Assembly: GCA_964187785.1 (NCBI GenBank)
Contig: OZ076412.1
Span: forward strand, 37,324,001 to 37,388,000
Length of the DNA: 64,000 nucleotides
Direction: 5' to 3'
DNA from: Amphiscolops sp. MND2022
Taxonomy: Eukaryota
Shown here: one piece after another, positions 1-13,063 of the stretch
How positions within the stretch are numbered: position 1 is the stretch's first letter
How the letters are laid out: every line of letters starts with the position of its first letter
Notes under the pieces: model-generated
Databases searched by the model: none
What the model saw: only the letters and a program-made list of their open reading frames with translations
Told to the model about the DNA's origin: nothing
Position numbers and translations under genes: made by a program

Positions 1-911
1 CTATTGGACTATCTGGGGCGAGTTGTTATTTGTGTCACTATAGTTTGTTTTCCGAACCACCGGCAAAAAGGTAACCAGAAAAAAGTGAAAATTTGCAAAA
101 AGATACTTTTCAGAAAATTACCTTTTTCTCTATAACACAGCAACTGTTTGCTAAGTTACTGTCACTCTCTAGTAACACAGTTTGCCACCATTGAAACCGC
201 ATATCACCCCAAAAGTGGCGCCAACTCCCAGCCTAACTAGTGTCCATTTGAAAGCTTAGGTAAAGGGCTTTCAGGAGCAGAAAACCGCTTTGAGCTGTCG
301 CTATTATTCGTGGAGAAATTAGGCTTTGAAAAATTTTTTTGCTATTTTTTGTCACTTTTTCAACTTCTCGGTGTACTGTCGAGGTTAAGTAGTCGAAAAT
401 TCTTTGCGACTCCTAAAAACTAATTGCGTATATGTCAAAATCAATGGAACGTTTGAAAGCGAGAGATAGCAACGTAAAATACAATGCATTCTTGCAAAAA
501 TTACAACAACTGAGAACGCTGTGATGAAAACGTGTTCAACCTTCCGCTGTGAGCTCAGTCTAGACTACATAACTCAGGAAAAAAGTAAGCTCAGTAACCC
601 TTGGGTAAGTTGGCCCATTATTTAATTCTAGAATTTTTGCTAGTCATTGTGATAAATTTGTGAAATATATGATTGAGCGTTGAGTCTAATCGCTGCAATT
701 TGAATCCTCCATTGTTACTGAGCATCTGCAATCAGTTCAAAATGTTTAGCATACAATTGTATTCGTTTTGATAATGCTTCAAAATTCGTATAAAAAATCA
801 ACTGAAAAAAAACTATGAATCAAACGCCAGAAAAGAACTAACCATGTTTGAACACAATGATTTTGTGAGCCTGGTTGTATACTAGAGTATTGGAAGCTTT
901 ATTTATCCTAT

Positions 912-1075
912 CTGCATCAGTTGCTTCCAATGTTACGAATTTATGAAAAATTAAATGGAAGAACCTGTAGCCAACCACCTAACTAATAAACTTAAGTTCA
1001 TTAGTTAGGTGATTGGCTACAGGTTTTTCAATTTAATTTTTCATCAATTCGTAACATTGGAAGCAACTGATGCAG
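912..1075. repeat. 164-bp near-perfect palindrome with no spacer (hairpin/MITE-like)
   Basis: Left arm CTGCATCAGTTGCTTCCAATGTTACGAATT... is the reverse complement of right arm ...AATTCGTAACATTGGAAGCAACTGATGCAG; centre CTTAAG at 991-996; a few mismatches. Confidence 0.9.
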
Positions 1076-1800
1076 TCAATCGGAAGTAACAATTGTATAA
1101 CTGAAATAAGTAAATCTTTGAAAAGATATCAGATCAAAAAAACATGTAAATTGAATTAATCATTTATAATCAAGTGTATATGCAATAAGAATATTCTGCG
1201 TAAAAAGAGAATTTCCGTCTAAGAAATGATAAAGTAGGAAAGTATAAAAATCTTTCTGAGAGTCGATCTTCTCCGTATGCAACCTGAATTTTTCATGCTC
1301 TTTTCCACTGAGAATAATGCTTGGATATTGCAAATTAGTCTCGAATTTCTTGGCTGCAGCACGACCACCAGATATGACCATTACGTTTCTCTGTCAACAT
1401 TTCATCAAAAGAATCATCGAACAGTTTTGGTAGAAGTATTTGGTCACTTGGACGGTAATTAAAAAATGAAAATGAAGTTTTAAAACAACGACAATAAACC
1501 ACTGTGATTTTCGGTTTATGCTATATACCCCATTTCACAAAAGGATATTAGTATAGTTGATCTTGAAAAGATGCAAATGTTCGACACTGATGAGATTCGA
1601 ATTCTCGCCTTCTTGCTGGCAAAACATAATTCAATTCGCAAATTCAATTCGCGAAAATTAGGAAATAGCGCGCTCTTTTCGTTATATACGTTTCATGAAA
1701 AAATGGTATTAATATTGTTCATCTTGAAGAGTCCGACGCTGATCTGATTCGAATCTCAACAGACTTGCAGGCGAAGCATAACATAAGTCGGATGTACCAT

Positions 1801-2256
1801 CAACAAGCTGGGAACGGCCCAAGTCGCGCCCGGCTCAAGGTTCAAAAAGAGTAAGGTTTTTCAAAAAGGCACAGTCTCAGAGTGCCGAAAACTGCAGAAT
1901 GGGGCTCTTTCAACAACCATTCTGCTGCAAAATATCAAAAAAAAATCGGAGGGGACCCTTCTAAGACATTAAAAACTTCGAAAAAGTCTCAATGCCGAAA
2001 AAAAACATTAAGTCACGCCCGGTTTTGTATGTTACGCTGAAAAAAAAACAACTTTTATAGTTCAGTTCCCTAGACCAAATGGTCCAATTTGGCACCTTAA
2101 ATAATCGTAGAACTTTCTAGAGCTATTTTGGTCAGCTCGCATGGATTGAAAAAAGGGTCGGTCACTATTATAGTCGCGTTTCACTCCATGAAGCGCCGAC
2201 TGAAAAAGAAAAGTCACCACTATAGTCTGCTTTTTCTACGGAAGCGCCGATTAAAA
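1801..2256 (+). mobile_element. Non-autonomous interspersed repeat, Helentron-associated (HINE/DINE-like) candidate
   Basis: Starts CAACAAG..GGAACGG..AAGTCGCGCC and ends AAGCGCCGATTAAAA; same end motifs recur at 9262-9857, 27961-28690, 30419-31302, 47203-47232 and 50214. Confidence 0.5.
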
Positions 2257-2891
2257 ACTAGGACGAAGCGCTATATTTTTAATATTTCTGCTTTAGCAGG
2301 AATATTATTGAAATCTGGAAACGTGTACTTTTTTTTCAGAACAATTTTTCGGACGATCTGAATAATTCAGATATTTTGTTCGGCAGTGAGTGTAAGCGAG
2401 AGAGCTGCCGAAGACAATTCAATTCTAGTGCGATGGAACGAGCGAGTGGTAATTATCAATTCGTATGCTGACGTCATTGAGATGAAGCGAGCGAATGTTC
2501 GTAATTGTGCTTTCGTTGCCCCGAGTTATTGAGATGAAGCGAATGAGTCTTGATTATTCGTTCGTTGAGAGCTTCGCCTGCATTCAAATGCGAATGCGAA
2601 ACTTCGTCTACGCTTAGTAGTTATATTTTCTTTAGTCCGAGAAGAATTAAAGGCGGTGTAAACTTGTACAGTGATTAATTGTGCTGTAAGTAATGATTAA
2701 ACAGGAGTGTATTGGTATTCCAGATATGATTCTTTTATTAATGATTTTTTTTGTTTCAAAAAATAAAGATTAAAGCAGAAATAGTACTGAGCCCCGGAGG
2801 GGCCTATTTTGTTGAACACTTTTTTTGTTATATACGTTTCATCAGAAAAAGGTATTATATTTTAATTTGATTTGAGAACTTCCGGCCCAAT

Positions 2892-3590
2892 GAATGCAAG
2901 ACGATGCGTGAAATTGTAAAAGTGACTTGAGTTCAATTTTTGAAGTATAGATGACAGTATAGTGTATTAAGCTAATGTATTGTAGCCATGTGCTGAAACA
3001 ATATATGAGCCTATAGTTTTCAACTGGTTTACAATAGAACACAAGAAAAAGAACCACTGGGAGCTATATTCAAAGTTTGGTTGAAAATTGATTTGACTTT
3101 TGGTCCAGAAAATTTCAAGGCTGTTGCCAGAATAGCAAAGATTGCCCCTCTGGGGCACGGAAAGATTTTTGAAACGGTAAAACTTTTAACCCTAAATGGA
3201 CCAGGAAATTTCCGGATCCATCCAAAAATTCGATGCTTAAACTTTAAATCGCATTGTCTCCTAAACTATTCAAGTCTGACAAACAATTTATAGCGCGTTC
3301 GGAAGAAGAGACTCAGGGCTTTCACACTGGCTCCGGACTTTGCGCCAAAACTTTGCACGCCTCGTGTCTCTAACTGCATTTCAGCATGTTTGAAAGTGGC
3401 CACAGAAGAAAACAGGAAAAACGGAAATTTTGCGCTGTTTTTTGATTTTTTGGTCCCGTTTTTTTGATTTTGGAGACATCAAGTCAACAATCCGTGAAAA
3501 TGCGTGCAATGCTGTGTATTCAAGTCTGAAAATCCTATTCAAGAGTTTTCTTTACCATACTGTCAGCTGGTGCCTTTAGAAGTTTGCAGA
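2892..3590. repeat. Uninterrupted copy of the repeat family that is split by the Gypsy element at 33694-39577 (paralogous empty site)
   Basis: Similar to 33466-33693 joined to 39578 onward; carries a single GGTCC at 3102-3106 where the interrupted copy has two. Confidence 0.8.
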
Positions 3591-5251
3591 TCTTGAGTGG
3601 TGCAAAAACGTACCACAATGCTATTCCGGGTTAAAACAGTTTAATAAATTTTAATAAATTGTGCTTGGTAGCTAATTGTTTCATAAGCAAACCTCTGGAA
3701 CTTCATACCCACAGAAACACCCAAAAGTTGGACAAACACTGCAAGAACAAACGTTCAAAACACGATATTTCCGAATCCTTTAGACATTTTTTATAATAAA
3801 AGCAATTCATTTTCGTCTTAATCTTTTTGCTATATAGCCAAACACTTTGTTCCTCAATTCAATGAAATTTCATACGAACAAAAACATCCTGAGATAATAA
3901 TTCCTCCAAATTAGTGCATTTATCAGCCGAAGATATGAACAAAGAGTGCGTGGAACTGTCAAAGTTTGACATCTTGTGGGAATTCTTGCTGTCTTTTGGG
4001 CCTATAAGAAACCTCAGCCGTCTTTTGAAGAGTGTGCTGAGTAGATACTTTTCATCTCTTTGAACATTGTGCATGGTAATACCCAGCAAACTTTTTTAAA
4101 AAATTGAATAAAAGTTGCATAAAAATGTCAAAAATACAAAAAGCGTATTTTTCGTTTGATGAGCATTTCTTCATCAAATTTTCAGTATACTTCTGAAACG
4201 TGCGGTTAGTAGGTATTCGTGATGTCTTCAAAGTTTTTGTAGTATTACTCACCAAAACATCCAGATTTGAACAAAAGTTCCATAAAATTGACACAATGAA
4301 AATTTTCTTGGCTCTTTTTGAAAACTTTTAATGAAAAAACTTCAGATATAACTACTAAAAGGTGTTTCGAATTGACGAATGTTTCGTTTTTGAACTCTGT
4401 AGATGTTTATTTCTACAGAAGCAAAAAGAAAAGCTGTAGAAATTGCTTAAAACTGTCGAAATTGGAAAACTATTTTGTAACAACAGATTTTTTTTGTAAA
4501 ATGGATATTGGATAGCTTATTTTTCCCTTGTGAAATTCTGTGAATATTTTAGTGTTTGAAAACATTAAAAACTGCTTAGGAATGGCATAAAATTGGTCAA
4601 AAATAAGTAAAATTGTGAATTTTTTTTGATATTATTGGAAAATTCTTGGCATTTTGAGGCACGTTTTCCAAAAACTGCAAAAATCTCGACATATACCTAC
4701 GAACCTAATTCTATGGCAGTTGAATCCTGTTGGCCCACTTTCATAATTTGAGCACAAAAAAAATTCATAATGTGGAAACTGTCCCCTTCTCTAGAATAGC
4801 GAACAGAACCTTAGCGGCTTAGGAAGAGCAATATCTATGAATGATCACATAAATATATGATGAATTCTGCTAATCTGATCAAGTGTCAAACGAAACACAA
4901 TTCTGGTACAAAACAATTGAGCCCGTAAGCTACAGTGGCGTGAAAAATTATTCTTTGTTGTCGGCCGAACCGGTGCACCCTATGCACAAGAACAGTTTTA
5001 AATGCAGCCTTTCTCAACTGCCGTTTGAAAAGCAAGTGACAAGCTACGCCAAAAGTAGGCGTTTTCATCAGTCCTTAGAAGAAGAACGTTGACTGAATAG
5101 ATGACAAAATTCCTCAAACGTAAAATTAGTTAAAACCTTTCAAGGAAAACAAAAGTGGCATTTTGACATAAATGTTATATTGGCAGAAATCATATTGGCA
5201 TTACTTCCTTATTGGTCATGCCTGTTTCGAGCTGTCTGCATGCATGCTGTT

Positions 5252-5359
5252 TCAATGTGAGCATATGTCAGGCTGGCTGTCCGGACACAACTCGGAACAC
5301 AGAAGTTTCACAAATGTACCCGGAGCTAGTCCCATCATCTGTACTGTAGAATTCATATT
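5252..5359 (-). CDS. GILT: GILT-like thiol reductase, exon 5 (terminal coding exon)
   Basis: Acceptor TTTTGCAG; NMNSTVQMMGLAPGTFVKLLCSELCPDSQPDICSH* resembles the GILT C-terminal LxC...PDxC; phase 0. Confidence 0.75.
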   Translation of the reverse strand, partial: NMNSTVQMMGLAPGTFVKLLCSELCPDSQPDICSH

Positions 5360-5921
5360 CTGCAAAAGATACATGTACTTGACTTGCATGATATACGGAT
5401 AGAGCATCTTCATTTGAGATAATTCTCAACCACAATACCGACACATGGAAACTGTATAGTCCTACGTGTCCCCAAAAACGACAACTTCAGATTTAGAGAA
5501 GGTATTGCACACCCTAGTCGATATTGCTTGAACTTTTAACATGCTGTATGGAAACTTGGTAAACTACAAAAACATGTAAAAAGTTCAAGCAGCTCCAACC
5601 AGGGCACCATGAAAACACCGTTAGTGTGGAGTTGTGGTCTTTGTCTGTTTTAAACTTAGTTTAAAGTGAGGCTCGCTTTGTTGTTGATTTTAAGACGTCT
5701 GAAACTCGTATACTTACCCACTGCAAAAACGTTAAATTCCCCCTTTTTTTCTTGGAAACGTTGGAAAGAATCTGGCCTATACTTCAACGAAGAAATACAC
5801 GCATTTGCCAAAAGATTGTACCAAGAGTTCAAAAAAGATACAAAAAGTGAATAAAAAAGAATGAAAACGGTTGCCACATAACTACAAGTGATATTCTATG
5901 TATCAAAAAACGACTACGAAC

Positions 5922-6167
5922 CCCATTAAGAGCGAACCAGGGAATGAAAGTGTGTCCATTATCGGCAGAGAGCTGTTCCATTTTGATGAGTGCGTTCATG
6001 CCTTCAGTTCTGTCGGCATAACAGTTGTACAGCGTGTTGTAGTCTATACTGTTCACTTTGCTGCAGTACTCCCAGCTTTTGAAAGTGGCCGGTACAGTCC
6101 CCGTGCCCATCTGACACATCACCAGAGAGTTAAAACTTTTTTCCGGCAGGAGCTTGCGTCCACACGC
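5922..6167 (-). CDS. GILT: GILT-like thiol reductase, exon 4
   Basis: Acceptor TTTTCAACAG, donor GTTCGT; 82 codons ACGRKLL...C...C...C...GHTFIPWFALNG matching the GILT C-terminal half (PWxxxNG). Confidence 0.85.
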
Positions 6168-7749
6168 CTGTTGAAAAGAAATGAAAATTACTATGATGCA
6201 ATATAAAATTACTTTCACGCCACTATTATAATTGACAGTACTAAAATTGAGATTAGATGATCCTCTTCCAGATTTGAATAACAGCTTAAAAATAAACGGA
6301 GATCTAAAGGACCCAGCGCGAAGTTGGGATGTTTTAAACATGGGGTGTTTTAAACACGTTTTTTATTCAATGTTTTTTATTCATTTTTTCAATTGACGTA
6401 CTTCATACGTGTATATTTTTCACACAATAGATTTTGTTGTGCGGTCATTTGGAGATAATCTCTAAAGTGCTGTTTTTTTTTCAGATCGTTAATGAGTAAC
6501 GAAGGACGAAAACTTGACCCTATATGGACTGAATTTGATAAACTTGCACCAAATAAAGCCAGAATTTGAAGAAATCGTTTGTCGACCGACAAAGTGGCTA
6601 AACTGGCATTTTGTTTCCGAGTATTGGACGACAATAAGAACTCTATATAAGCTAACATCCAATTGAAACTCAAACAAAAAATATGAACCAGAATAATTTA
6701 ACTTATTTGGTTTCTACTTTTGTTTCACCATTAAGAGTTTCTAAATAAATACTAGTTTTTAAATATCTGACAAAATTTGTTTCAAAAAATGTGTTTCAAA
6801 AAATGTGTTTTTGCCAACGCTGCCAGCGTTTGAAGTCTCATTACAAAACTAAGTTATGTAGCAAAAGATCGATTGGTTCAGAAGTGTAGCGATCAAAGAA
6901 AGCAGCCCCGAACTAGAACAAGTTGCGCAGCGGAACTGCAAAATTCTCCAGGTCATAGAGAAACGTTTGGAAAAATTGTCAGAAAACAAAGATTGTAGAT
7001 GCCTGAAAACTACTAGAAAGAAAAAAACTTAGTCGGCGAATTACATGATAATTATATTTTTAACATTTGAAAAAAAGTTCCCTGTTTGCCCTCCTTGAAC
7101 TGGAATGTGGAAAATTCAAATTAGTACTAAAAATACGAAGTGTAAAATCAAGTGAATTTAATTTGCTACTGAAAATGAGATATTCCAAATGACGAAATAC
7201 ATTCAAAAAATATCCAATAAGGATGAGAAAGGATCTTAGTGGCTCTTCAAGTTCTCACCCTTGAAAGTAAATTTTTAGGCACAACTTAACTATTGGGAAT
7301 GAGACTTCCGGAAAAAGAAAAAAAAATTCGAAAATTTCAGAAGTTGATGATTGTCAAAACTTCAGAGTCCTTGCCTATTTATTGTAGTTTCATGACTGTG
7401 ATTTGGTCATCAAATGAACTTCATTCGGCTGTAGGTTGAAATGGGCTAACGAGTTGTACCTTTTACACAGTGCGTTTTGCGGGCATTATGATGCTTTTAT
7501 TATTTTCCGCTCATATTTCATATGGGAAAAGAAAATATTTAAGTTAAACGGGTTCTTTTTTAACAAAATTTGCCAAGCACCAAATTTATATTTAACTTAA
7601 AGGACGTTGTTCATAGAATTTGACTCACATAAAATTAGCAACGTGCAATTTGTATTTGTGAAGATTTCTGACTTTTTTGATTGACCCCAAGGACGCCAGA
7701 AAGACCCAAAAATGAAGGTATAGTTGCTGTTTTCTAAATGAAAACGATC

Positions 7750-8710
7750 TCAAATTGACAACGATATTTTTACAATCTTTTGTTGTCCACCGCCATTTTT
7801 GATATTGGTGTTCCGGTATCTACTATGAATTATTTCTCCATCTCGTTGAATTTCACAGTCGGTGTCAAAAATGTTTCTGTTAATCCTTACAATTCTATAG
7901 TTGCTCATATCTGATTCGTCAGTTTCTTCACCAATTGTTGTGTTCTCAGTGTCCCTTACATTCCGTATTTTGCGTTTGTAATATTTCGTTTTGTCTGCAT
8001 GTCCGTGCAAAAGGGCCATTCTTTCCACAGTTGTTGCTTGTTTGATCGAATGCTGGACATTTATGTCTCGGGTTCCAGTTCCGTGCATTACAAAATCTAC
8101 ATGGTCTGTTGTTATTGATATCGTTTTTCGGTCTTGTGTTGAAATTGTCCATCCTCTGTTTTGGTTCTTCTTTGATTTTTTGCCGGGTTGATATAACGCG
8201 TCCGGCATTTTGATTTTGTTTTTCTTTTCATATGTGTTCTGTGTTCTGTTTGATCAATTCTATCGTTTTCTTCATTTCGGAGTTCTTCTTGTAAATGATT
8301 TTGTTTTCGGCCCAACCTCTCCGTGTCATTCCGTCTCCCCGGATCACTTCTGCTATGTCCGTTTTGATTTCTCGTTTTGTATACTACCGGAATCGTACGA
8401 GCTGATTTGAGTATCTTCTGTCCGTCTGCTGTTGCTTCAAGGTTCTTCACTTTGTATTGTTTCTTGTGTCACCTTCTTTGTTTCAGTAAACGCAGTATAT
8501 AAAATTAGGTTGCCGACCGCGCCATGTTCTATTTCTACTTAGTTAGATAAATCAAGTTTTTGTACTGATTTCTTTTGTATGGCCAACTATACTTTATCAA
8601 ATAGATAGCAACAATGGTTGCTTAGCAAAACTAATCTAATGTTCATAGGTATATAAATATGTATCAACAAAAAGAAACAAAGATAGTTTGTTGATGAATG
8701 TTGTTTTTCA
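7750..8710 (-). mobile_element. Truncated, degenerate Mag-like Ty3/Gypsy 5' fragment (probable LTR, PBS, gag knuckles, protease start) in GILT intron 3
   Basis: PBS-like TGGCGCGGTCGGC next to a TG at 8525; CRFCNARNWNPRHKCPA..NCGKNGPFARTC knuckle pair; FIVDTGTPIS after a premature stop; far LTR end (~8710) is uncertain. Confidence 0.7.
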
Positions 8711-9089
8711 GGTTGATTGGCACTTCAGTTTGATCTACGGAATAAATTCGGACGCGGTATATTACACCGTATAGAGGATTTCGAAACCATCTTACGAGGT
8801 GCGAAGTTCTTAAGAAAGAAGAATGCCGAATCAAAAAAATCATTCATTGTGCTTGATCGAATCAGACTGATTGTTAAACGTTGCAACACGTTTAATATAA
8901 AATCTATCGAAAAACAATTTCTTAGATTTTAGGCAAATGAACTCTCGATAAGCGTTCCATTTTCAAAAGTCTTCATGGTGTCGTCATGAAAGTCGAAATT
9001 GTTCAGCTCATCATTGGACAATTGATCTTGCGTTGAACAAACCTTGTATTGAACGAACCTAAATGTCTCTAAATGTCTTTTGAACTGAC

Positions 9090-9167
9090 CTGGAACGTGT
9101 TGGTTCGCAACTCTTCTATCCCGTGTTGGCAAGCAAATGTGTATCCAAAGTTATCGGAGTGGAACCT
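9090..9167 (-). CDS. GILT: GILT-like thiol reductase, exon 3
   Basis: Acceptor TTTCAG, donor GTCAGT; RFHSDNFGYTFACQHGIEELRTNTFQ contains the CQHG signature; 78 bp, phase 0. Confidence 0.9.
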
Positions 9168-9261
9168 CTGAAACAGCAAAAGTTGTATGTCAATATGTTC
9201 AAAGCCTACCTCGTGACTAAATCAGTCATCTTTCCGTAAACCGAAAAAGAAAAGGGTAATT

Positions 9262-9857
9262 TTTAGTCGGCGCATTTTAACAAAATGAGCCCGACTATTA
9301 CAGTGGCAAGTTTTTTTTTCGTTTTTTTTTCGTCAGACCACAGAATGTATGCGTAGTGGACACTTTTTCTACAGAACTACTAAACTACTGGACCGGCAAG
9401 CGGAAACGCATCTAAGTTAGTGCAAAGGGTCCCACCTTTCGTGTACTCAATTTTTAACGTAAGATACAAAACGGGACGGGACTACAGGGTCACCCCTTTT
9501 TCGGCACTGTGCGACTTTTTTTCGACATTTTTTGTCGCCTAAGGGTCCCCACTTCAAGTTTTTTGATATTTTGCAGCAAACTGAAGTTTCAAAAAGCCCA
9601 AAGGGTCTCCCCTTTCTAGTTTTTCGGCACTATGAGACTGTTTCAAAATTCTCGTTTTTCGTTTTTTTTCGAAAATTTTTCCAAAAAATTTTTCGAACTT
9701 TTTCAATGTCTTTAAAGGGTCCCCCTTCAACCTTTTTGATATTTTGCAACAAACTGGATTTTCAAAAAGTCTAAAGTGTCCCCCTTTTACAATTTTAAAA
9801 ACTTTGCGCTTTTTGAGCCTTAGATATAGCGCCGACTTTAGACGTTCCCGTCTTGTT
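9262..9857 (-). mobile_element. HINE-like non-autonomous element in GILT intron 2
   Basis: TTTTAGTCGGCGC at the left end and GCGCCGACTTTAGACGTTCCCGTCTTGTT at the right end; internal AAGGGTCCCC-containing subrepeats. Confidence 0.6.
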
Positions 9858-10072
9858 TAATAATAAAACAATTGCGTAAATCACTGCCCCATGTAAAATT
9901 TTTTAGGGATCTGACTAAGATTCTTGTATTCTCGAGAGTCGTGATGAAAATCTGACAAAGAATCGAACGTGAAATTTTGCAAAGTTATGTATTGTTTCAT
10001 CAAAGTTTGATTTAAATTTAGGGTAGATTTCATACATTTGATTCTGTCAGAGTTTCAAGTATAAAGATTGAC

Positions 10073-10288
10073 CTCGGCATTCCCGAAAGGCACCAAATTG
10101 AGAATCAGTTGGGGTTGAAAGGCTTCGTAGTTAGGGTTCAGCACATAGGTAAAATGGTGGTTAGAGTCCGGACATCCAGTTTCATAGAACACTGTCCAGT
10201 TGACGCTGTTGGAGCAATGCCAATCTTCATTGACTTCATCATTCCACGTGAATTTATCTCGGATAATTAGATGCCCAGAGGCAGCTAC
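10073..10288 (-). CDS. GILT: GILT-like thiol reductase, exon 2 (active-site exon)
   Basis: Acceptor GATTTTAG, donor GTCAAT; 72 codons with VFYETGCPDS (CXXS) and LNLVPFGNAE, both GILT motifs. Confidence 0.9.
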
Positions 10289-11438
10289 CTAAAATCAAAC
10301 AAACAGACCAATCGGAACATTTCACTGCAATTTTACTCGGTGCTTTCGTTGAGAAACGCGGTGAGTGAGGCTGGGAAACAGGTGAACGCGGATCGAATCT
10401 TGCATGGAGCCTAACTTTTAAACCTTGCATTTCTCTCGACACTGTGTGACTTATCTAGAAACGAAATTTAATTTCTTCAAAATTTGGCGCTTTCAGTTTC
10501 CCGTTTTTAGCAAGAAAAGATGTTTTTAAAATTCCGAATATCCCACTTTTAGGTTTTTGCACTTCGCTACTTTTGACAGAAAATTGTTTTTTGTTTTCAA
10601 TTTATGTATTTCTTGGAACTGTGATGTTGGTTTTCAGTAACTATCCTTCAGCATTTTCCCCATTTTGCATGAACATTATTTCCGAATCTCTCCCAGTTGC
10701 ATTGCATGATTGAAGATGCCAGTACTTTATTAGTCGGCGCTTTCGTAGAAAGAGCAGTCTATAGTAGTGACTATTTTCAAGACCGACTAACTGACAGGTT
10801 TATAAAGTTTTATAAGCTCTTAGAAACTATTATCTTCTAACTGCCACTTAGTATAGAGGTTAACTCGGATTTTCTGAGGTCCGAGAAGCAGAAGTACGTG
10901 GGTTCGAGTATCGCACTAAACCAAATTGATTTTGCTTGCAAAAGTAGAGACCAACTCTTTTGGTTTTTTCAGCACTATGCCACTTTTTCCCCGAAGTTTT
11001 TTCAATGCCTTGCATGAGTGCTGCCTTTAATTTTTAGCGGAAATGAAGCGTTGTGCAAGCAAAGAGTGCAGCCGTTAGTTTTTTACGACACACATGCGAT
11101 TTACCGAATGAAAAAATCTGGAAAAAAAATTTCGGCACTATGCGACTTTTTTGGAATTTTTTCTTTTGGGTCAAATGGTACCCTTTCATATTTATAAATG
11201 TTTTCGGCACCATTAATATTTTTTCTGAAGAAAAACATTCCGATTTTTGATGTTTGCAGTTGGGAAGAGGCGTTTTTTAATCTCATAGTGTCCCTTTGGG
11301 TATTTTCCAACCCGGCTTGTTTTTATTTCAATCCCAATCACGGAGTTTCAAAAACTCATGACTTTCTTCAGAAAAAACTTAAGACGTCCCAATTATTCAG
11401 TTTAGAGTACATAGGAAGACTCCGATTGCAGCTAATGA

Positions 11439-12298
11439 GGGCCCATCATCGATGTTAACGTGGGCATTCCGACCAATAAATTCAAGTCCGATTTCTCGAT
11501 TAGAAACACCAATCCCCAACCTGATTATCGAATATTTCTAACATTTTTAGAGGCACCAGCAATAAATGGAAGGTTGCTCCTTCGAGTCCAGGTGCCATTT
11601 AGCGCATGTTTTTTTAATGCAATCTTTGATGTTTCAATCGGAAAAAACGCACGAAGCTGCAGACTTTGGATAATCATCGTAAACTAATTGCTTCAAAGAA
11701 TAATGACTTTGAGAATGCCTAGTTTTCCTGAGCGTTTTTGTACGGTATACACGAGATTTACACCGTTTCTGGAATACGGTTCTGCTGCCTAAACAAGCCA
11801 AACAAAAATTGAAGCAGCGGAAATGAACAACAGTGCAAGGTAATTTTTTTAAGTGGACTCCATCTGACATTTTTAAAACAACCAAAAATATGACAATATT
11901 TGATTTTTTCATTGTTGAGAACTTTAACGCTTTGTAGGCAATTTGAGGTTAGAAGCACCCAACATCTTCAGCACAGATGTCAAAGACATATAAAAAATGA
12001 ATGTCGATGGATTATGAAAAAATTGATGCCTTCGCAATATAGTGGGACGTTTTCAAGGAAAATTTTCCTTCGCCAAGCTTATAATTATTTAAATGTAGCC
12101 AAATTGACACCAGTAGATCTTAGGAAACTGTTTTGCTATCAAGTAAAAAAACTGATCACAAAAAAGGCCATTGTGTATTATGCGATGGTGGATTACATTA
12201 GGCCAAATACTGAGAGGGAAAACAGTCTTGAAATTGATTCAGATTTGGTTCTTCACGGTAAGATCTTTGCCAAGCAATTAGGTGCTTTTCCTGTCTAG
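11439..12298 (+). pseudogene. Possible decayed two-exon coding sequence of unknown family in GILT intron 1
   Basis: One frame runs 11439-11839 with two TAA stops, then a GT..AG gap (11840-11937) rejoins in frame to ~120 open codons ending at 12298; no motif recognised. Confidence 0.25.
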
Positions 12299-12443
12299 AT
12301 TAGTTTCCAAAATATTACTTTGTATGAAAGTGTCTTCTGTATTTATGTTGTGATTGCAATCAAATAAACTCTACTGTTTAATTACAAAATAAACCTTTGT
12401 GAATACTTCTTGTCGTTTTGGTTTTTGAATCAATGTCATATGT

Positions 12444-13063
12444 TCAACATATGTTCAAAAACATATGAACATATGTTAAAAAAGTAACTTTTATTCGATG
12501 AATAATTGAAATAATAAAAATACCTAATATTTCAATAACAACATTATCTACTTCAGTATCTAGGAGAGTACCCTTTATTAAACAGTACGCCCTCAATTCT
12601 TCTAGGGATGGATTCAAACATAGAAGCAATAAATTCGTCGGGAATTTTGTACAATTCGCTTCAACAATTTTTAATATATGTTCCAAATTGTAACACACCT
12701 CCCGTTGATATACCCGATCTTTCAGATACGCCAAACGGTTCTCTATGATATTCAGGTCAGGTGAACGAGCAGGCCAATCTGGGAGCAGAGCAATTTCATG
12801 GTTTTCCATGAATTCCTTGACTTCCCTAGAAGTAAGACATGTTGCGTTGGCCTGTTGAAAAATGGAGTCTTCATCCAAAATTGGCAGTAGTCGCTGTTCA
12901 AGAATTTCTTTATATTGTTGGCGCTTATTTGCCCTGCTTCTCGGTATGCTTTTAGTATCCGCTGTACTGTTCGTAAATTCAATTGCAGTTCACCCGCAAT
13001 ATCTTTGGGAAAACAATTTTCCACGATTTTTCAAATATTGAGTTTCCGCATTTCTATGGATGT
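12444..13063 (-). pseudogene. Internally deleted Tc1/mariner transposase remnant; its start codon lies beyond the hAT insertion at 24910
   Basis: FQQANAT...WPARSPDLNIIEN (Tc1 DDE C-terminal motifs, DDE_3-like) and HTH-like IAGELQLNLRTVQRIL; removing the hAT and one TSD copy gives MGFKYTSIEMRKLNI*KIVENCF. Confidence 0.85.

Noticed and set aside
1160-1381. 73-aa ORF with a possible upstream acceptor
   Set aside because: Could be an exon, but I found no motif or partner exon
5712-5790. Extra GILT cassette exon ending at the GTAAGT donor at 5717
   Set aside because: It would be phase 1 with no GILT similarity, and exons 4 and 5 already join in frame; only RNA data could revive it
9210-9260. Micro-exon VYGKMTDLVT before GILT exon 3
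   Set aside because: The true PFGNA motif is in exon 2, which joins exon 3 in phase 0; no good acceptor here
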